From the human T2T-CHM13v2.0 reference genome, Homo sapiens: a DNA stretch of 64,000 bases. The stretch lies in assembly GCF_009914755.1 (NCBI RefSeq), contig NC_060927.1. The stretch is one strand, 5' to 3'. Shown piece by piece: positions 1-15,469 of this stretch (within the stretch, counting starts at the first letter, position 1; each line of letters starts with the position of its first letter). The notes below the pieces were generated by a model that had not been told where the DNA came from, did not search any database, and saw only the letters and a program-made list of their open reading frames with translations. A program made the position numbers and the translations under genes.

Positions 1-3000
1 CTACTGATTTTTGTATGTTCATTTTGTATTCTGAAACTTTACTGACTTTGTTTATTACTTTTAGTTTTTTGGTATAGTCTTTTAGGTATGTTCAAAAATA
101 AAATTATATCATCTGCAAAAAAAGGATAATGTGACTTTTTCCTTTCTAATCTGGATGCCCTTTATTTTTTTCTCTTGTCTGATTGCTCTAGCTAGGACTT
201 CTAGTACAGTGTTGAATACTAGTGGTGAATGTGGGCATTTTTGTTGTGTTCCAGAGCTTAGAGAAAAAACTTTCATTTTTTTCTTCATTCAGTATGATAC
301 TAGCTGTGGGTCTGTCATATATGGCTTTTATGGTATTGAGGTGTGATCCTTCTAGATCCAGTTTTTTGAGGGTTTTTTAAATCATAAAAGGGTGTTAAAT
401 TTTATCAAATACTTTTTAGCATCAGTTGAAATTATCGTATGGTTTTGTCCTTCATGTTGTTGATATGATGTATCACATTGATTGATTTACATGTGTTGAA
501 CCATCCCTGCATCCCTAGGACAAATCCCACTTAGTCATGATAAATGATCTTTTTAAAGTATTAGTGTATTCTGTTTGGTATTTTGTTGAGGATTTTTGCA
601 ACAATGTTCATCATGAATATTGGCCTATTGTTTTCTGTTTCTGATGTGTCTTTGTCTAATTTTGGTATCAGAGTAATGTTGTCCTCACATAATGAATTTG
701 GAAGTCTTCCCTCCTCCACTATTTTTCAAAATAGTTTGAGTAGAATTGGTATTGACTCTTTAAATGTTTGGTAAAATTCAGCAGTGAAGTCATCAGGTCC
801 CAGTGTTTTTGCTGGGAGATTGTTTATTATGGCTTTGATCGCATTACTTATTATTGGTCTATTCAAGTTTTTAATTTATTCCTGGTTCAATCTTGGTAGG
901 TTGTATGTGTCTAGGAACTTATCCACTTATTCTAAGTTTGTCAATTAATTGGTATATTGTTGCTCATAGTAGCCACTCATGATTCTTCGAATTTCAGTGG
1001 TATTGGTTGTAGTGTTTCCTTTTCATATCTGATTTTGAGTCTTCTCTATTTTTTAGTTAGTTTAGCTAAAGGTTTGTCAATTTTGTCTTTTCAAAATCTT
1101 TTGTATTATTTTCTTCATTTCAATGTATTTATGTTCTGATCTTTATTACTTCTTTTCTTCTACTAATTTTGGGTTTAGTTTGCTCTTGATTTTCTATTTC
1201 TTTAAGATGCATTGTTAGGTTGTTTATTTGAAGTTTTTCTTCTTGTTTGATGTAGGCATTTATAGCTAAAAGCTTCCCTTCTAGTACTGCTTTCCCTATA
1301 TCCGACAAGTTTTGGGATGTCATATTTCCATTATCATTTGTTTCAAGAAATCTTTCAATTCCATTCTTAATTTCTTCATTTACTCTGGTCATTCAGGAGC
1401 ACATTATTTAATTACCATGTGTTTTTACAGTTTCTGCAGTTCCTCTTTCCATTGATTTCAATTTTTATTCCATTGTGGTCAAAGAAGATTCTTGATATTA
1501 TTTAAATTACAAAAAATGTTTTAAGCTTGGTTTGTGACCCAACATGTGGTCTGTTCTTGAAAAAGATCGATGTGCTGGGGAGAAGAATGTGTATTCTCTA
1601 GCCATTGGATGAAATTTTCTCTAAATATATATTAGGTCCATTTGGTCTATAGTGCAGATTAAGTCTGATATTTCTTTGCGATTTTCTGTCAGGATCATCT
1701 GTTCAATGCTGAAATGAAGTCTCCAGCTATTGGGGTCTAACTCTCTTTTTAGCTTTAATAATATTTGCTTTATATATCTGGGTGTTCCAGTGTTGGGAGC
1801 ATATATATTTATAATTGTTACATCTTCTTCCTGAATTGACCCCCTTTATCATTATATAATGACCTTTATTCTTATGGTATTTTTTTCTTGGAATCATTTC
1901 ATCTGATATATGTATAGCTACTTCTCTTTTTTTAGCTTTATTGGGGTGGAATGTCTCTTCCATCCCTTTATTTAGTCCATTTACATTCAGTGTTATTATT
2001 GATAACTAAGGACTTACTCCTGACATTTTTAATTTGTTTTCTGATTGTTTTGTGGTCTCCTCTTCGTTATTTTCTTCCTTCTTGTCTTCCTTTTAGTGAA
2101 GGTGATTTTTTTCTGGCGGTAAGATTTAATTCTGTATTTTTTATTTTTCGTGTATCTGTTGTATGTTTTTTGATTTGAGGATTTCCATGAGGCTTGCAAA
2201 TACTGTTTTCTAACCCATTATTTCAAGCCGATAAATCCCTCAGATTTCATCTGTCTGGAAAAATATTTATTTCTCCTTCATGTTTGAAGGATATTTTCAC
2301 CAGATGTATTATTCTTCAGTAAATGTTCTTTTCCTTCAGCACTTTAAATATGTCATGCCCCTCTCTCATGGCCTGTAAAGCTTCCACTGTGTTGAGGTAT
2401 GTTTCTTCTATATCCAGTTTTTTAAGGGTTTTTATCATGAAAAGGTGTTGAATTTTATCAAATGCTTTTCGGCATCTGTTGAAATAATCATATTTTTTTC
2501 TCCATACCATTGATAATGATGTATCGCATTGATTGATTTCCAGCTGCTGCCAGATGTATTGGATCCCAATTGTGTGTTACTTGTTTCTTTTCTCTTGCTG
2601 CATTTATAATTACTTCATTATTCTTGCCTTTAGGAGTTTGATTATTAAATGCCTTGAGGTAGTTTTTAAGTTAAATCTGCTTGGTGTTCTATAACCTTCT
2701 TTTAACTGAATATTGACATTTTCCTTTAGGTTTGGGAAGTTCTCTGTGATTATCTCTTTGAATAAACTTACATCACTAGCTCTCTCACTACTTCTTCTTT
2801 AAGGCCAATAATTGTTAGATTTGCCCTTTTGAGCCTTTTAATGTATCTTGCAGGCATGCTTCATTCCTATTTGTGCTTTTTTCTTTTGTCTCCTCCGACT
2901 ATATATTTTCAAATAGCCTGTCTTCAAACTCACTAATTCTTTCTTCTGTTTGATCAATACTGCTCTTAAGAGACTCTGATGCATTCTTCAGTATGTCAAT

Positions 3001-5312
3001 TACATTTTTCAACCGCAGAATTTCTGCTCGAGTGTCTTCAATTATTTCAATCTCTTTATTAAATCTATGTGATATGATTCTGAATTGTTTCTCTGTGTTA
3101 TTTTGAATGTTTTTGAGTTTCCTTAAAACAGCTATTTTGAATTCTCTGTCTGAAAAATCACATACCTCTGTCTTTCTGGGATTGATTCCTGGTACCTTAT
3201 TTAGTTTGCTTGATGAGGCCATGTTTTCCTAGATGGTCTTGATGCTTTTGAAAATTTTTTAGTGTTTGGGTATTGAAGAGTTAGATATTTATTGTAGTCT
3301 TTGTCATTTTGGCTGGTTTGTTCCCGTCTCTTGGGAAGGCTTTGCAGGTATTTGAAGGGACTTTGGTGCTGTGATCTAAGTTTTCAACTATTCCAACCAT
3401 ATCTGACTTACGGGAAACACAAGCCAAGTAATGTCGTGGCTCTTGAAGACTTGTTGAGGTACCACCTTGGTGGTCTTGATAAGATCTGGAAGAATCCTCT
3501 GGATTACCAGGCAGAGAATCTCATTCTCTTCCCTTACTTTCTCACAAACAGTTGCTCTCTGTGCTGCACTGCCTAGAGCTGGGGATGTGGTGGCACAAAC
3601 ACCCCTGTGGCCACCACCGCTGGGACAGCGCTGGGTCATACGTGAAGCCAGCACAGGATTGGGTTTCACCCAAGGTTTGCAGTAACCACTACCTGGCTGC
3701 TGCCTATGCTCACTCAAGGCCCTAGGGCTCTATATTCAGCATGTGGTGAAGCCAGCTTTTCTCTTTGCAGATATAGCCACATTCATATCTTTCCCTTTTG
3801 AGTGGCAAATTCCCTAGGCCCCTAGGTGGGTCCCAAGATGCCATGTGGAGGCCAGGGACTGGAGTCAAAAACCTTACAAACCCACCTGGTGCTCCATCCT
3901 ATAGAGGCTGAGCTAGTACCCAAACCACCAGATGAAGTCCTTCCCACTATTCTCTCCCCTTTCCACAGGCAGAAGCTTATCTGCTCTTGTCCACCACCAC
4001 CACAGGCCCACGCGGAGTACTGCCAGGCTACTGCTGATCTTCACTTAAGGCCCAAGGGCTCCTTAATCAGCTTGTGGTGAATACTGCCAGGCCCAGATCT
4101 CACCCTTCAGGCAAGTGGGCCCCCCTCTGACTCACAGCAGGTCCAGAAATACCATCCAAGAGCAAAGGCTTGGAATTGGGACACCAAGATCCTGCTTGGT
4201 GTTCTACCTGACTGTGGCCAAGCTGATAACAAAGCTGCAAGGCAAAGTCCACTTTACTCTTCCCTCTGCTTTTCTCAAGCAAAAAGGAATTTCTCACTGT
4301 GGCCACTGCAGCTGGGAATGTGATGGGTTTCACCTTAAGCCAGCACATCTCACCATCTCACCCAAGGCCTACAGTGTGTGCTCTCTGGCTACTACTGCTG
4401 ATTGTTCAGGACCCAAGGGCTCTTTATTCAGCAGGTGATAAATGCTGCCAGGACTTTGCCCTTCCCTTTAAGGCAGCAGGTTTTCTTCTTTCCCAGGGTG
4501 TATTTAGAAATGTCATTTTGGAGCTAGGGCCTCAAACGGAAGCCTCATGACTCTGCCCAGTACCATATCCTACTGTGGCTGAATTGATATCCAAATTGCT
4601 TAAAAATGCCCTCTTTACTCTTCCCTCTCCTCTCCTTAAGCAGAAAGAAGGAGTCTCTTTTGGAGCTGCAAGCTGTGCTCCTGGGGTTTGGAGAGGGATG
4701 GTACAAACACTTCCTTGGCTGCCCTGGCTGGTGTCTCACTAGGTCACATGTCTCCCAAGTCCACTGCCTCTGACCCCAGCACAGTACTAGAACTTGCCTA
4801 GAAATTGCAGTCCTGGTGACCCAGATGGCTTTTCAACTTTATTTTTGGGCCCCAGATCATTTTCGTCTGTAGTAGCCAGGCTTGCTAGAATTCAAATTCC
4901 AACCAGTGGGACAGATGACTCTTGTCCGGCTCAGGCTGCTCTAAATGCTCCCTCGGTGGGTGTTGGGTGAGTTCTGTTCAGGGCTGCTTTCCACTGTGGC
5001 AGGGAAGAACTGAGTTCCAATGCAATGTCCCACAGTCACTGCATTATCAATTCCCCAAGTTCGCAGATTCTCCATGTCATGCGGCCATTGCTGAGGCATG
5101 GGGGAGGGATGGTACTGACAATTCAAGACTGTCTTTCCTACCTCACCAGTACCTCTTTCAGTGATATCAAGTTAAAACCAGACACTGTGATCACTCACCT
5201 GATATTTGGCTTTGTGAAGGTGCTTTTTTGTATAGATCATTGTTAAATTTGGTGTTCTTGCAGGGAGGACACTTGGAGGAGGCTTCTATTCAGCCATTTT
5301 GTATCACGTCCC
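1..5312 (-). mobile_element. Old LINE-1 (L1MA/L1M1-type): 5'UTR, ORF1 and N-terminal half of ORF2; continues off the left edge
   Basis: ORF2-like peptides (1129-1392 NEEIK..FLETNDN; 1727-1963 GHYIMIKG), ORF1-like peptide 2899-3222 (SDREFKIAVLRKL), GC-richer 5'UTR ~3300-5312 whose 5' end reads GAGGGACGTGATACAAAATGGCTGAATAG on the minus strand; many stops and frameshifts. Confidence 0.9.
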
Positions 5313-6293
5313 TCCTCTCTTCCTCTTTTTTTATCCAGTATTCTGACCTGTATTTAATTTTACTAATGATTTTTCAGATATCTGTAATGTATTGTAAAAC
5401 ATTCTTAATTTTTGTTACTGTTTCTCTTTTCGGTGTCTAGAATTCCATATTTTAAAATACTATTTATTTTCAAAAGCTTTCCATTATATATATTTCTTTG
5501 AAAATATTCAAGATAGTTATATGAAAGTCATTATGTAACTCCATTTTGTGAAAAGCATTCAGGATATTATTTTAAAGGCATTGTATAACTAAATCCTTTG
5601 TGTATCTGATTTTATTATTAATATTTTACTTAATTAAAAATGATAATTTGCTTTTTCCTATGTGCTTGATCATTTTAGGCTTAGTAATATAAATTCTATA
5701 CAGTTAAGCCTAGTATTATATCTTCCCTTCCTCCAAAGGCATGTATATGTAGGGGAAATAATAACCTTCCATCAACTTAATCTAATAATAAGAAGCAAGA
5801 TAACTTTAAGTTGGAGTTAATTACCCTGAGAAAGCTAGACCATTTTCAAGTCACTCTTCCTCCCTGAGTATAATCCTAGTTGTGGGGTGTTTACCAGCAC
5901 TGATTCCTGGGCAGGCTCTGGACTCTGGTTTTGTCATTCCAAGCCTTGCTCTATTTTCAAAAGCTCTGCTTAGCTTTTCAATCTCTCTCTTGCCTTTTGG
6001 CAATTTTCAAATACCAGGTTCCTCTTTCTGTATTTTTTTCTTTTTTTTTTGTTTCCAAGTCATTGTATTCATAATTTTTCAGTGTCTTCTTACCTTTGTG
6101 ATGCCTTCAAGCATATGTCTACAAGATTTTTTGATCAGTTTTTCTATTCGTTCATGGTAGGAGGTTAGTTCACATATTCTAGTCCACTATGTCAGAAATG
6201 GACATCTCAGACTGATTTTTTGCCTCTCAAGTGACAGAGTATTTACTTTGGAGGGGAGGAGCTACTCTTGTTTTAGGGGAGGGAAAAACACAA

Positions 6294-6296
<3 letters not shown>

Positions 6297-6331
<35 letters not shown>
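6297..6331. repeat. (TG)17 microsatellite
   Basis: Direct read of a perfect TG run. Confidence 0.97.
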
Positions 6332-6333
<2 letters not shown>

Positions 6334-6552
6334 TTGGTTTCAGCAAAGATTCTCTTTTGAAAAGGAGAGATGTTGTGCATACCTGTTGTCCCTATATTTA
6401 TTTTTTATCTATTGTGACATACCACCGTCTTCATTAAATATTTGTTAAACTATATATCCTAACCACATTTTGTGAAATGATGATGTAGATGCAGCTTCTG
6501 TACCATATAAGGATGACAGTAGCCATTTATGATACAGTAAGGGGTGACCTGC

Positions 6553-6957
6553 TGATATAGTTTGTTATTTGTTCCTGTACAAATCTCAGGTTGAAATGTA
6601 ATCCCTAGCATTGGAGGTGGAACCTGGTGAAAGGTACTTGGGTCATGGGGGAGGATCCCTCATGGTTTGGTGCTGTCCTCACAATAGTAATTTCTCACAA
6701 GATGTGGTTGTTTAAAGTGTGGCATCTCCCCACTCCACTCTCTCTCTTGCTTCTGTTTTTTCCACATGACATGCCTGCTCCTGCTTTGCCTTCTGCCACG
6801 AATAAAATCTCCCTGAGGCCTCCCCAGAAGCCAAGCAGATGCCTGCCTCATGCTTCCTGTACAGCTTGCAGAACCATGAGCCAATTAAACCTCTATTCTT
6901 TATAAGTTAGCCAGTCTCAGGTATTTCTTTATAGCAATGGAAGAACAGCCTAACACA
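6553..6957 (+). mobile_element. MaLR solo LTR (MSTA/MSTB-like)
   Basis: Starts TGATATAGTTTG, ends TTCTTTATAGCAATG..CTAACACA, ATTAAA polyA signal; perfect 5-bp TSD CCTGC at 6548-6552 and 6958-6962. Confidence 0.9.
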
Positions 6958-7721
6958 CCTGCTTTGGGAAAATGAATTTGTAATGATGTTTCTCTGTCCA
7001 AATTTAGAACCATGTATATAAAAAGGTATTAGGACAGAAATACTGTTGGACTGAGGGTAATAGACTTTATTCAATGCTAAAAAGCTGTCATCAGAGATAT
7101 ACTATTCAGGATATACTCATATATACACTTCTTAGCATTATTTTTGTTTGTTTTTCTCAGTGAGGATGTGGCCTTGATGACAACTGAGTATGGTTCAAGC
7201 ACCAGGAGATCTTAAAGCTTGTAAATATCTCCTTGAAAAGGAGTCCATGGATTCTGCATGAATTCTTTTTGAATAATAATTAAATCAATAGATAAATTTT
7301 AGACTAAAATAGAAACTCTTTGCATACCAAATATCTTTTTCTTGCCAAATACTATAGACAATTCTCAAACTTTTGCCTGATTAAAGTCTCTGTGACACTG
7401 AGTCTGAAAGAGATTGTTTCACTTGGTTTTTATTATACCTCATTCTCTTATTTTTCTCTTCTCTCTCTGCCTACTCCTTCTCAATCCCCCTTGCTAGTGT
7501 GTACTCTTATGCTCCCATGCCTCAAGCTTTGGATTTCAGTGCTCTTTGTTTCTCTAACTGTACTCCCTCCTTGAGTAATTTTATTCTGTCTCATGGTTTG
7601 AATTCCAAGAAATCTAATTCAAATCTATCAAAAAATTCTAAAATCTAATTGAAATCTATCTAAACCTTTCCTTTTAACCACAGATTTATATATTTTGCTC
7701 ACTGGGCATGTAAAAAGACAT

Positions 7722-7765
7722 CTCAAACACAAATGGCCAAAACTCAAACACAAATGGCCAAAACT
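7722..7765. repeat. Perfect 21-bp tandem duplication CTCAAACACAAATGGCCAAAA x2
   Basis: Direct read. Confidence 0.9.
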
Positions 7766-8104
7766 GAACCATGTCTTTGTATACATTCTTAATTCTTACC
7801 AAAATTATTCCTCCCAAAGTATTCTCCATCTCAGTGAGTATTTCCATTACCTGTTTAGTTTCATATGCCTATGGATCACCCTCAATTTATTTCTGCTTTG
7901 AAGATACCCCATTCAATTAATCTTTGCCATTACTTTGCTTTATTTCCTTCTATTTTGATTGAATCTAATAAACTCTACACATTCTTACCACCTCTACTGC
8001 CACTACCATAATTCACATCTCCATCACTTATTTTTATTGTGTACAAGCTCATTATTAGTGTCACTGCTTCTATACCTAACATCATAATTCAGTTTTCACA
8101 TACT

Positions 8105-8450
8105 TTCTTTTTTTGTTGTTTCTTTGAGACAGGGTCTCACTCTGTCACCCTGGCTAGAGTGCTGTGGTGTGATCACAGCTCACTGCAACCTCTTTGGGGC
8201 TCCAGCAATCCTCCTACTTCAGCCTCCCAAGTAGCTAAGACTTCAGGTGTGCACCACCTGAAGTCTATTTTTGTATTTTTTTAAAATACAAAAGTTTAAA
8301 ATACAAAAATTTTTAATTTTTGTATTTTTTTGTAGAGATGGGGCTTTGCTATGTTGCCCAGGTTGGTCTTTAACTCCTGGGCTAAGCAATCTACCTGCTT
8401 TGGCCTCTCAAAATGTTGAGATTAATAGGCATGAGCCACCATGCCCAGCC
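8105..8450 (-). mobile_element. AluJ-type SINE with expanded, inverted linker
   Basis: Reverse Alu dimer with J-type features; degenerate TSD CACATACT(T/C)TCT on both sides. Confidence 0.9.
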
Positions 8451-8896
8451 TCCACATACTCTCTGAATGAACTATCTTGGAATAAGGGTTTAAAAAATTG
8501 ATGATATCTCACACTGACTGTATCCTTTCAATGGGCTCCACATTGGAAGTAGAAAAATCTAGATTATTTTGTGTAACTAATAGAGCCTTATATGGTTTGT
8601 CTGCTGCATAACTGACCTCATCTTCTATTATTTTTCTGTTTCAATGTATTACAGCTACTTTGACATTAATGTTGTGCCTTAAATAAGGAAGCCTTTTCTT
8701 GCCCCAGAGTCTTGGCATTTCCTGTTGCCTTGGCCTAGAACACTCTGCTTACTGATTTTTATGGTTGATTTCTTATTTCTTATTGTTACTCAGGTATTAT
8801 TTCAAATATTGAATATGCAGTTCAGTAATAGAGTATTGAGAGGAAAGGAGCCAAAAAATTTTTCTGAAGTGCTGTACAGGTCCATATCTTGATCTA

Positions 8897-9287
<391 letters not shown>

Positions 9288-10430
9288 TTATATTAAACTC
9301 TTCAGAGTCCTCCCATGATTATTTATTTAAACAATCTGCCCAAGCAGATCCTATTACTCAGCTTTATTTCCTTTACAGAGGTTAACACTACTAGAAATAA
9401 CTATATATTTAAATATACACATGTTTATTATGTCCTCCCAAGCTAGAATGTAAGATATTCAGGACATGCGTTTTGCTTGTCTTTTTCACCATTATATCTC
9501 TAAGAACTTGAACAGTACCTGGGACAGAGAAGGAACAAAATAATGTTTGCTTGAATAAGTTAAGGGAGAAGTTTAGCATATTTTATTAATTTTTTCACTA
9601 TACAATGTACAGATAACTTACAGGGAAGGACATAGCCACCTTGGTTAAGCTCTTAATAACTGTGTCACAATTCATTATTTCCTTGTGTTTCCTGAAGAAG
9701 AAAAAAATGTTGCATGATACATGCAAGGAAATTGGCATAATATCTCTTTATTAGAAATTTCTTCTCTCTCTTTTTGTTCCACCAATTGAAATTCTATTTA
9801 TTTTCTTCTAATAGTTTTCTTTCAGAAGCCTTCATAAATTTCACCTGTCTCAAATAGATATTATCTCAATCTTTTCAAAATTCGTGTAAACATTATTTTT
9901 CCATCTTGCCTATATTAAACATATTTGAGTCCTGAATACTTCCATTTAACTAAAAACTTCTTGAGAGGAGAAAATGTCCATATTTATCTTTCACTTCTGT
10001 AGTTTTTCATAGTGGTATGTACATATTATGCCTTTAATGAATATTTTAATTGGATTTATTCAAAATTCCAGGCAGGCTGTTAAGAGGCAAGGCTATGATT
10101 AGGAGACAGCAAATAGATTAGTATGAAGAGAGAACCTAATTAGGTAAAGAGGTTATCAAAGCAAAGTCTTCTTGACTTACTTTCCTGTCTGTTGTCTCAA
10201 CTATTCTAATGAATTTCCCAGGTCAGAACTTATTAAAACCATAAGTTTGATTATGATTACGACCCTACTGCTTAAAATGCTCCAATGGATAAACTGCCTT
10301 CTGAATAAAACAGAGGTTTCTTTAAAAAGTTTTGTTTAAGATATATCATTTTATGGGATACATAAATATTGTAAAGAGGTTACTGCATTGAAGCAAATTC
10401 ACCTATCCATTGTTTCACAATTACTCATTT

Positions 10431-10745
<315 letters not shown>

Positions 10746-13700
10746 AATTACTCACGTTTAAAATTTGTGTGGCAAGAGTAGCTAAAATCTACTAATTTAG
10801 CCGGAATCTCATATGAAGTACAACTTATTACACATAATCATAATGTACATTATACCTCTAGACTTATTGGTCCTTCATATCTGCTACTTTGTATCCTCAG
10901 ACCTATACTTCCCCATGTCTTTTCCCCACTGCCCCACGCCTGGTAATCACTGGTTTGGTCTTTTTCTTTGTACTTTTGAATTTCTTTTTGTTGTTTTAGA
11001 TTTTATATATAAGTAAAATCATGCAATAGTTTTCCTTCTGTGCCTGGCTTGTTTCACTTTGCATAATATTTTCCAGGCTCATTCATGTTGTGGCAAAGGG
11101 CACTATCTCATTCTTTTTAGGGATGAGTAATGTTCCATTATATATATGTACCATTTTCCTTTATCTATTCATTCATTGACACTTAGATTTTTTCCACATC
11201 TTGACAATTGTGAATAATGCTGCAGTGACCGTGGAAGTGCAGGTATCTTTATGATGTGGTGATTTTATTTCCACTGGGTATATGTACAGAAGAAAGATTG
11301 CTGGGTCATATGGTAGTTTTATTTTTAATTTATTTAGAAACCTCCACATTGTTTTCATGATGACTGTACCAGTCTACATTCTTACCAACAGCATAAAATA
11401 GCTCCCTTTTCTCCACACTCTCATCAACATCTGTTATCTTTTGACTTTTTTATAATTATTTTAATGTATCACATAGTGGATTTGATTTACATTTTTCTGA
11501 GGATTAGTAATGTTGAGTACCTTTTCATATACCTGTTTGCCATTTTATTATATATTTCTGCTATGGAGAAATGTCTATTTAGGTTTTTTGCCCATTTTTT
11601 AGTAGAGTTATTTGGTTTTCCACTCTTGAGTTGTAGGAGCTCTTTATAAATTTTGAATATTAATCCCTTATCAGCTTTGTAGTTTGCAAATATTTTTTCT
11701 TAATCTGCAGGCTGCCATTTTATTTGTAGATTATTTCCTTTGCTTTTGCAGAAGATTTTATGTTTGATGTAATTTTTTTTTATGTATTTACTTTTGCTTT
11801 TCTAGCCTGAGCTTTGGCAGTGATATCCAAAAAACCCATTGCCAAAGCCAATATCAAGGAGTTTTTCCCCTATGTTGTCTTTCAGGAGTTTTATAGTTTC
11901 TGGCCTTATATCTTTTATCCATTTTGAGTTTATTGTTGTGTATGGTGTAAGGTAAAAGTCCATTTTATCCTTTTGTATGTTGAAATCTAGTTTTCCCAAT
12001 ACAATTTATTGAAGAGACTATCCTTTCCCCATTGTGTGCTTTTGGCATCTTTTACAAAAAGCAGTTGACCATCAATGTGTGGATTTATTTTTTGGCTCTC
12101 TATTCCGTTCCAGTGCTCTATATGTCTGTTTTTATGCTAGCACCGTACTTTTTTGATTACTATAACTTTGTAATAGATTTTTAAATCAGAATATGTGGTG
12201 CTATCAACTTCATTTTTCTTTCTCAGAATGGTTTTGGCTATCCAGGGTCTTTTATCATTCTGTATAAATTTTAGGATTGATTTTTCTATTTCTGTGAAAC
12301 ATGCTATTGGGATATGGGTAGGGATTGTGTGTATTAAATTTGTAAATACACTTGGGTAGTATGGATTTTCAATAATATTAAATTCTGCATATTCATGAGC
12401 ATGGAATATCTTTCCATTTATTTGTGTCTTCTTCAATTTTGTTCATAAATGTTTTATAGTTTATTTTTTAATAAACCTTTCACTTTCTGGGTTATATTCA
12501 TTCCTAGGTATTTTTTATGTTATCATAAATGGAATTGTTTTCTTGATTTCTTTTTCAGTTAGGCTGTTGTGTATAAAAATACTACTAATTTTATATGTTG
12601 ATTTGAGTATTGCAACTTTACTGAATTCATTTATTTGTTCTAACAGTTTTTTGTGTAGTATTCAGGGAATTTTACATATAGGATCATGCCATTATTCAAA
12701 GCAAGATAATTTTATGTCTTCCTTTCAAATTTGGATGCCTTTATTTCTTTTTCTTGTCTGATCATTCTTACTAGTACTTCTAGTACTATTCTGAATAAAA
12801 GTGGCAGGAGTGACATCCTTGCCTTGTACTGGATCATAGTGGAAAAGGTTTCACTGTTCCTCCCTTAATAATAATGTGGGCTGTGTTAATAAATTACTTT
12901 AATTTTATTGAGAAACATTCTTTCTATATTTAAACTGCTGAGAGCTTTTATCAAGAAAAAATGTTGGAGTTTGTCAAATGCTTTTTCCACATCAATTGCG
13001 AAGATCATGTGTTTTTTCTTTCATTCTGTTAATGTGATGTATCACATTGATTGACTTGTATATGTTACACTAGCCTTGCATGCCAGAAATAATTTCACTT
13101 GGTCATCATCTATAATGTTTTTGACATGTTGATGGGTTTATTTGTTAACAATTTACTGAAGATTTTTGAATCAATGTTTATTTGTGAAATTGGTCTCTAG
13201 TTTTTTCCTGTGATGTCTCTGGCATAGGTGTCAAGATGATGATGGCCTACTAAAATGTGTTTGAAAGTGTTTCCTCTGGCTCTCTTTTCAAAAGAGTTTA
13301 AGAAGTTTTGGTATTAATTATTTTTTTAATGTTTGGTAGAATTCAGCTGTGAAGGCATCTGGTCCTAGGCTTTTCTTTATTGGGAGACTTTCTCACTACT
13401 TCTTCAATCTATTTGTTATTGGTCTATCTAGTCTTTATATGTCTTCCTGACTCAATGTTGGTAGGTTATATTTTTCTAGGAATTTATCTCTATAGGTTAT
13501 CCAATTTGGTGGCATATAATTATTCATAATTATCCCATATGATCCTTTTTATTTCTGAAGTATCCATTGCAATTTCCTCACTTTTATTTTTGATTTTATT
13601 TATTTGAGTCTTCTCTTTTTCTCTTGATTAGACTAAGGGCTTGTCAATTTTTTTTATTATTTTCAAAAAGCTAAGTCTTCACTTTATTAATTCCTTCTGT

Positions 13701-15120
13701 GGTTTGTTTTGTTCTTTATTTTTGTTCTAATTTTTTTCTGCTGCCAAATTTGGGTTTAGTTTGTGGTTTTTTTAGTTCCTTCAGGCATAATGTTAGACTA
13801 TTTACTAGAGATCTTTATTCTTTTTTCATGTTGGCACATAGGTCAATAAAATTCCTTCTTAGAATTGCTTTTGCTTTAACCCATAGGTTTTGGTATGTTG
13901 TGTTTTCATTTACATTTGTCTCATAATATTTCTTTATTTTCTTTCTGATTTCTCCCTTGGATCGTTTGTTGTTCAGGAGCATGTTGTTCAATTTCCACAT
14001 GTTTGTGAGTTTTCCAAGATTCTTTGTTTTATTGATTTTCAGTTTCATATCGTTTTGGTATGAAATGATACTAAATACGATTTCAATATTCTTAACATTT
14101 TTAAGACATGTTTTATGGCCTAACATATGGTCTATCCTGGAGAATGTTCCACGTGTGCCAAAAAAAAAAAGTGTATTCTGCTGCTCTTAAATAAAACATT
14201 ATATATATGTCTGTTAGGTCCGTTTGATCAAAAGTGTAATTCAAGTTCAATATTTTCTTATTAATTTTTTTCTGACTGACCTATTCATTGATAAAAGTGA
14301 AATAGTGAAGTTCCCTACTATTATTATATTGCTATCTATTCCTTCCTTTATATCCTTTAGTATTTGCTTTATGCATTTAGGTGCTCGAAGATTGGGTGCG
14401 TATATATTTACAATGGTTGTGTTCTCTTGGTGAGTTATCCCTTTATTATTAAATAATGATCTTCTTTGTCTTCTGCAACATCTGTTGACTTGAAATCTGT
14501 TTTATCAGTTATAAGTGTAGCCACTCCTGATCTTTTTTGGTAATTATTTGCATGGAATATCTTCTTTCATTCTTTCACTTGCAGCCATATCTGTCCTTAA
14601 AGCTTAAGTGGACTCTTATAGGGAGCCTATAGTTGGATCCTATAATTTAATGCATTCAGCCACTGTCTTTTCATTGAAAAATTTAACCCATTTACCTTCA
14701 AGATCCTTATTGACAGGTTTCTGGTTTTGTTATACCAGTATTGTGCCTTTCTTCCTCTCTTGTTGTCTATCTTTGTGATTTGATTATTTCCATAGTGCTA
14801 AGCTTCGATACCTTTTACTTTATTGTTTTTATGTCTGCTGTACATTTTTGTTTTGTGATTACCAGAAGGTTTACATAAAACCTCTTACAGTTATATACTA
14901 TTTTAAGCTAATAACACCTTAACTTCCGTTAAATACAAAAATCTAGACTTTTACTCTCCCCACGTGATATATATTTGATGTCACAATTTGCATCTTTTAT
15001 ATTGTGTATTCCTTAATAATTTATTGTAGCTTTAATTATTTTTGTAAGTTTTGACTTTTAGCCTTCATACCAGATATGTATATGATTTGGAAACCAACAT
15101 TAAGATATTGGAGTATTCTG

Positions 15121-15469
<349 letters not shown>

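Noticed and set aside
3680-4700. Degenerate ~350-bp repeated units (similar units at 53750-54420)
   Set aside because: Internal repeats expected in old L1 5'UTRs, not a separate system.
5501-5602. Degenerate ~50-bp tandem duplication
   Set aside because: Old, diverged, AT-rich; no sign of function.
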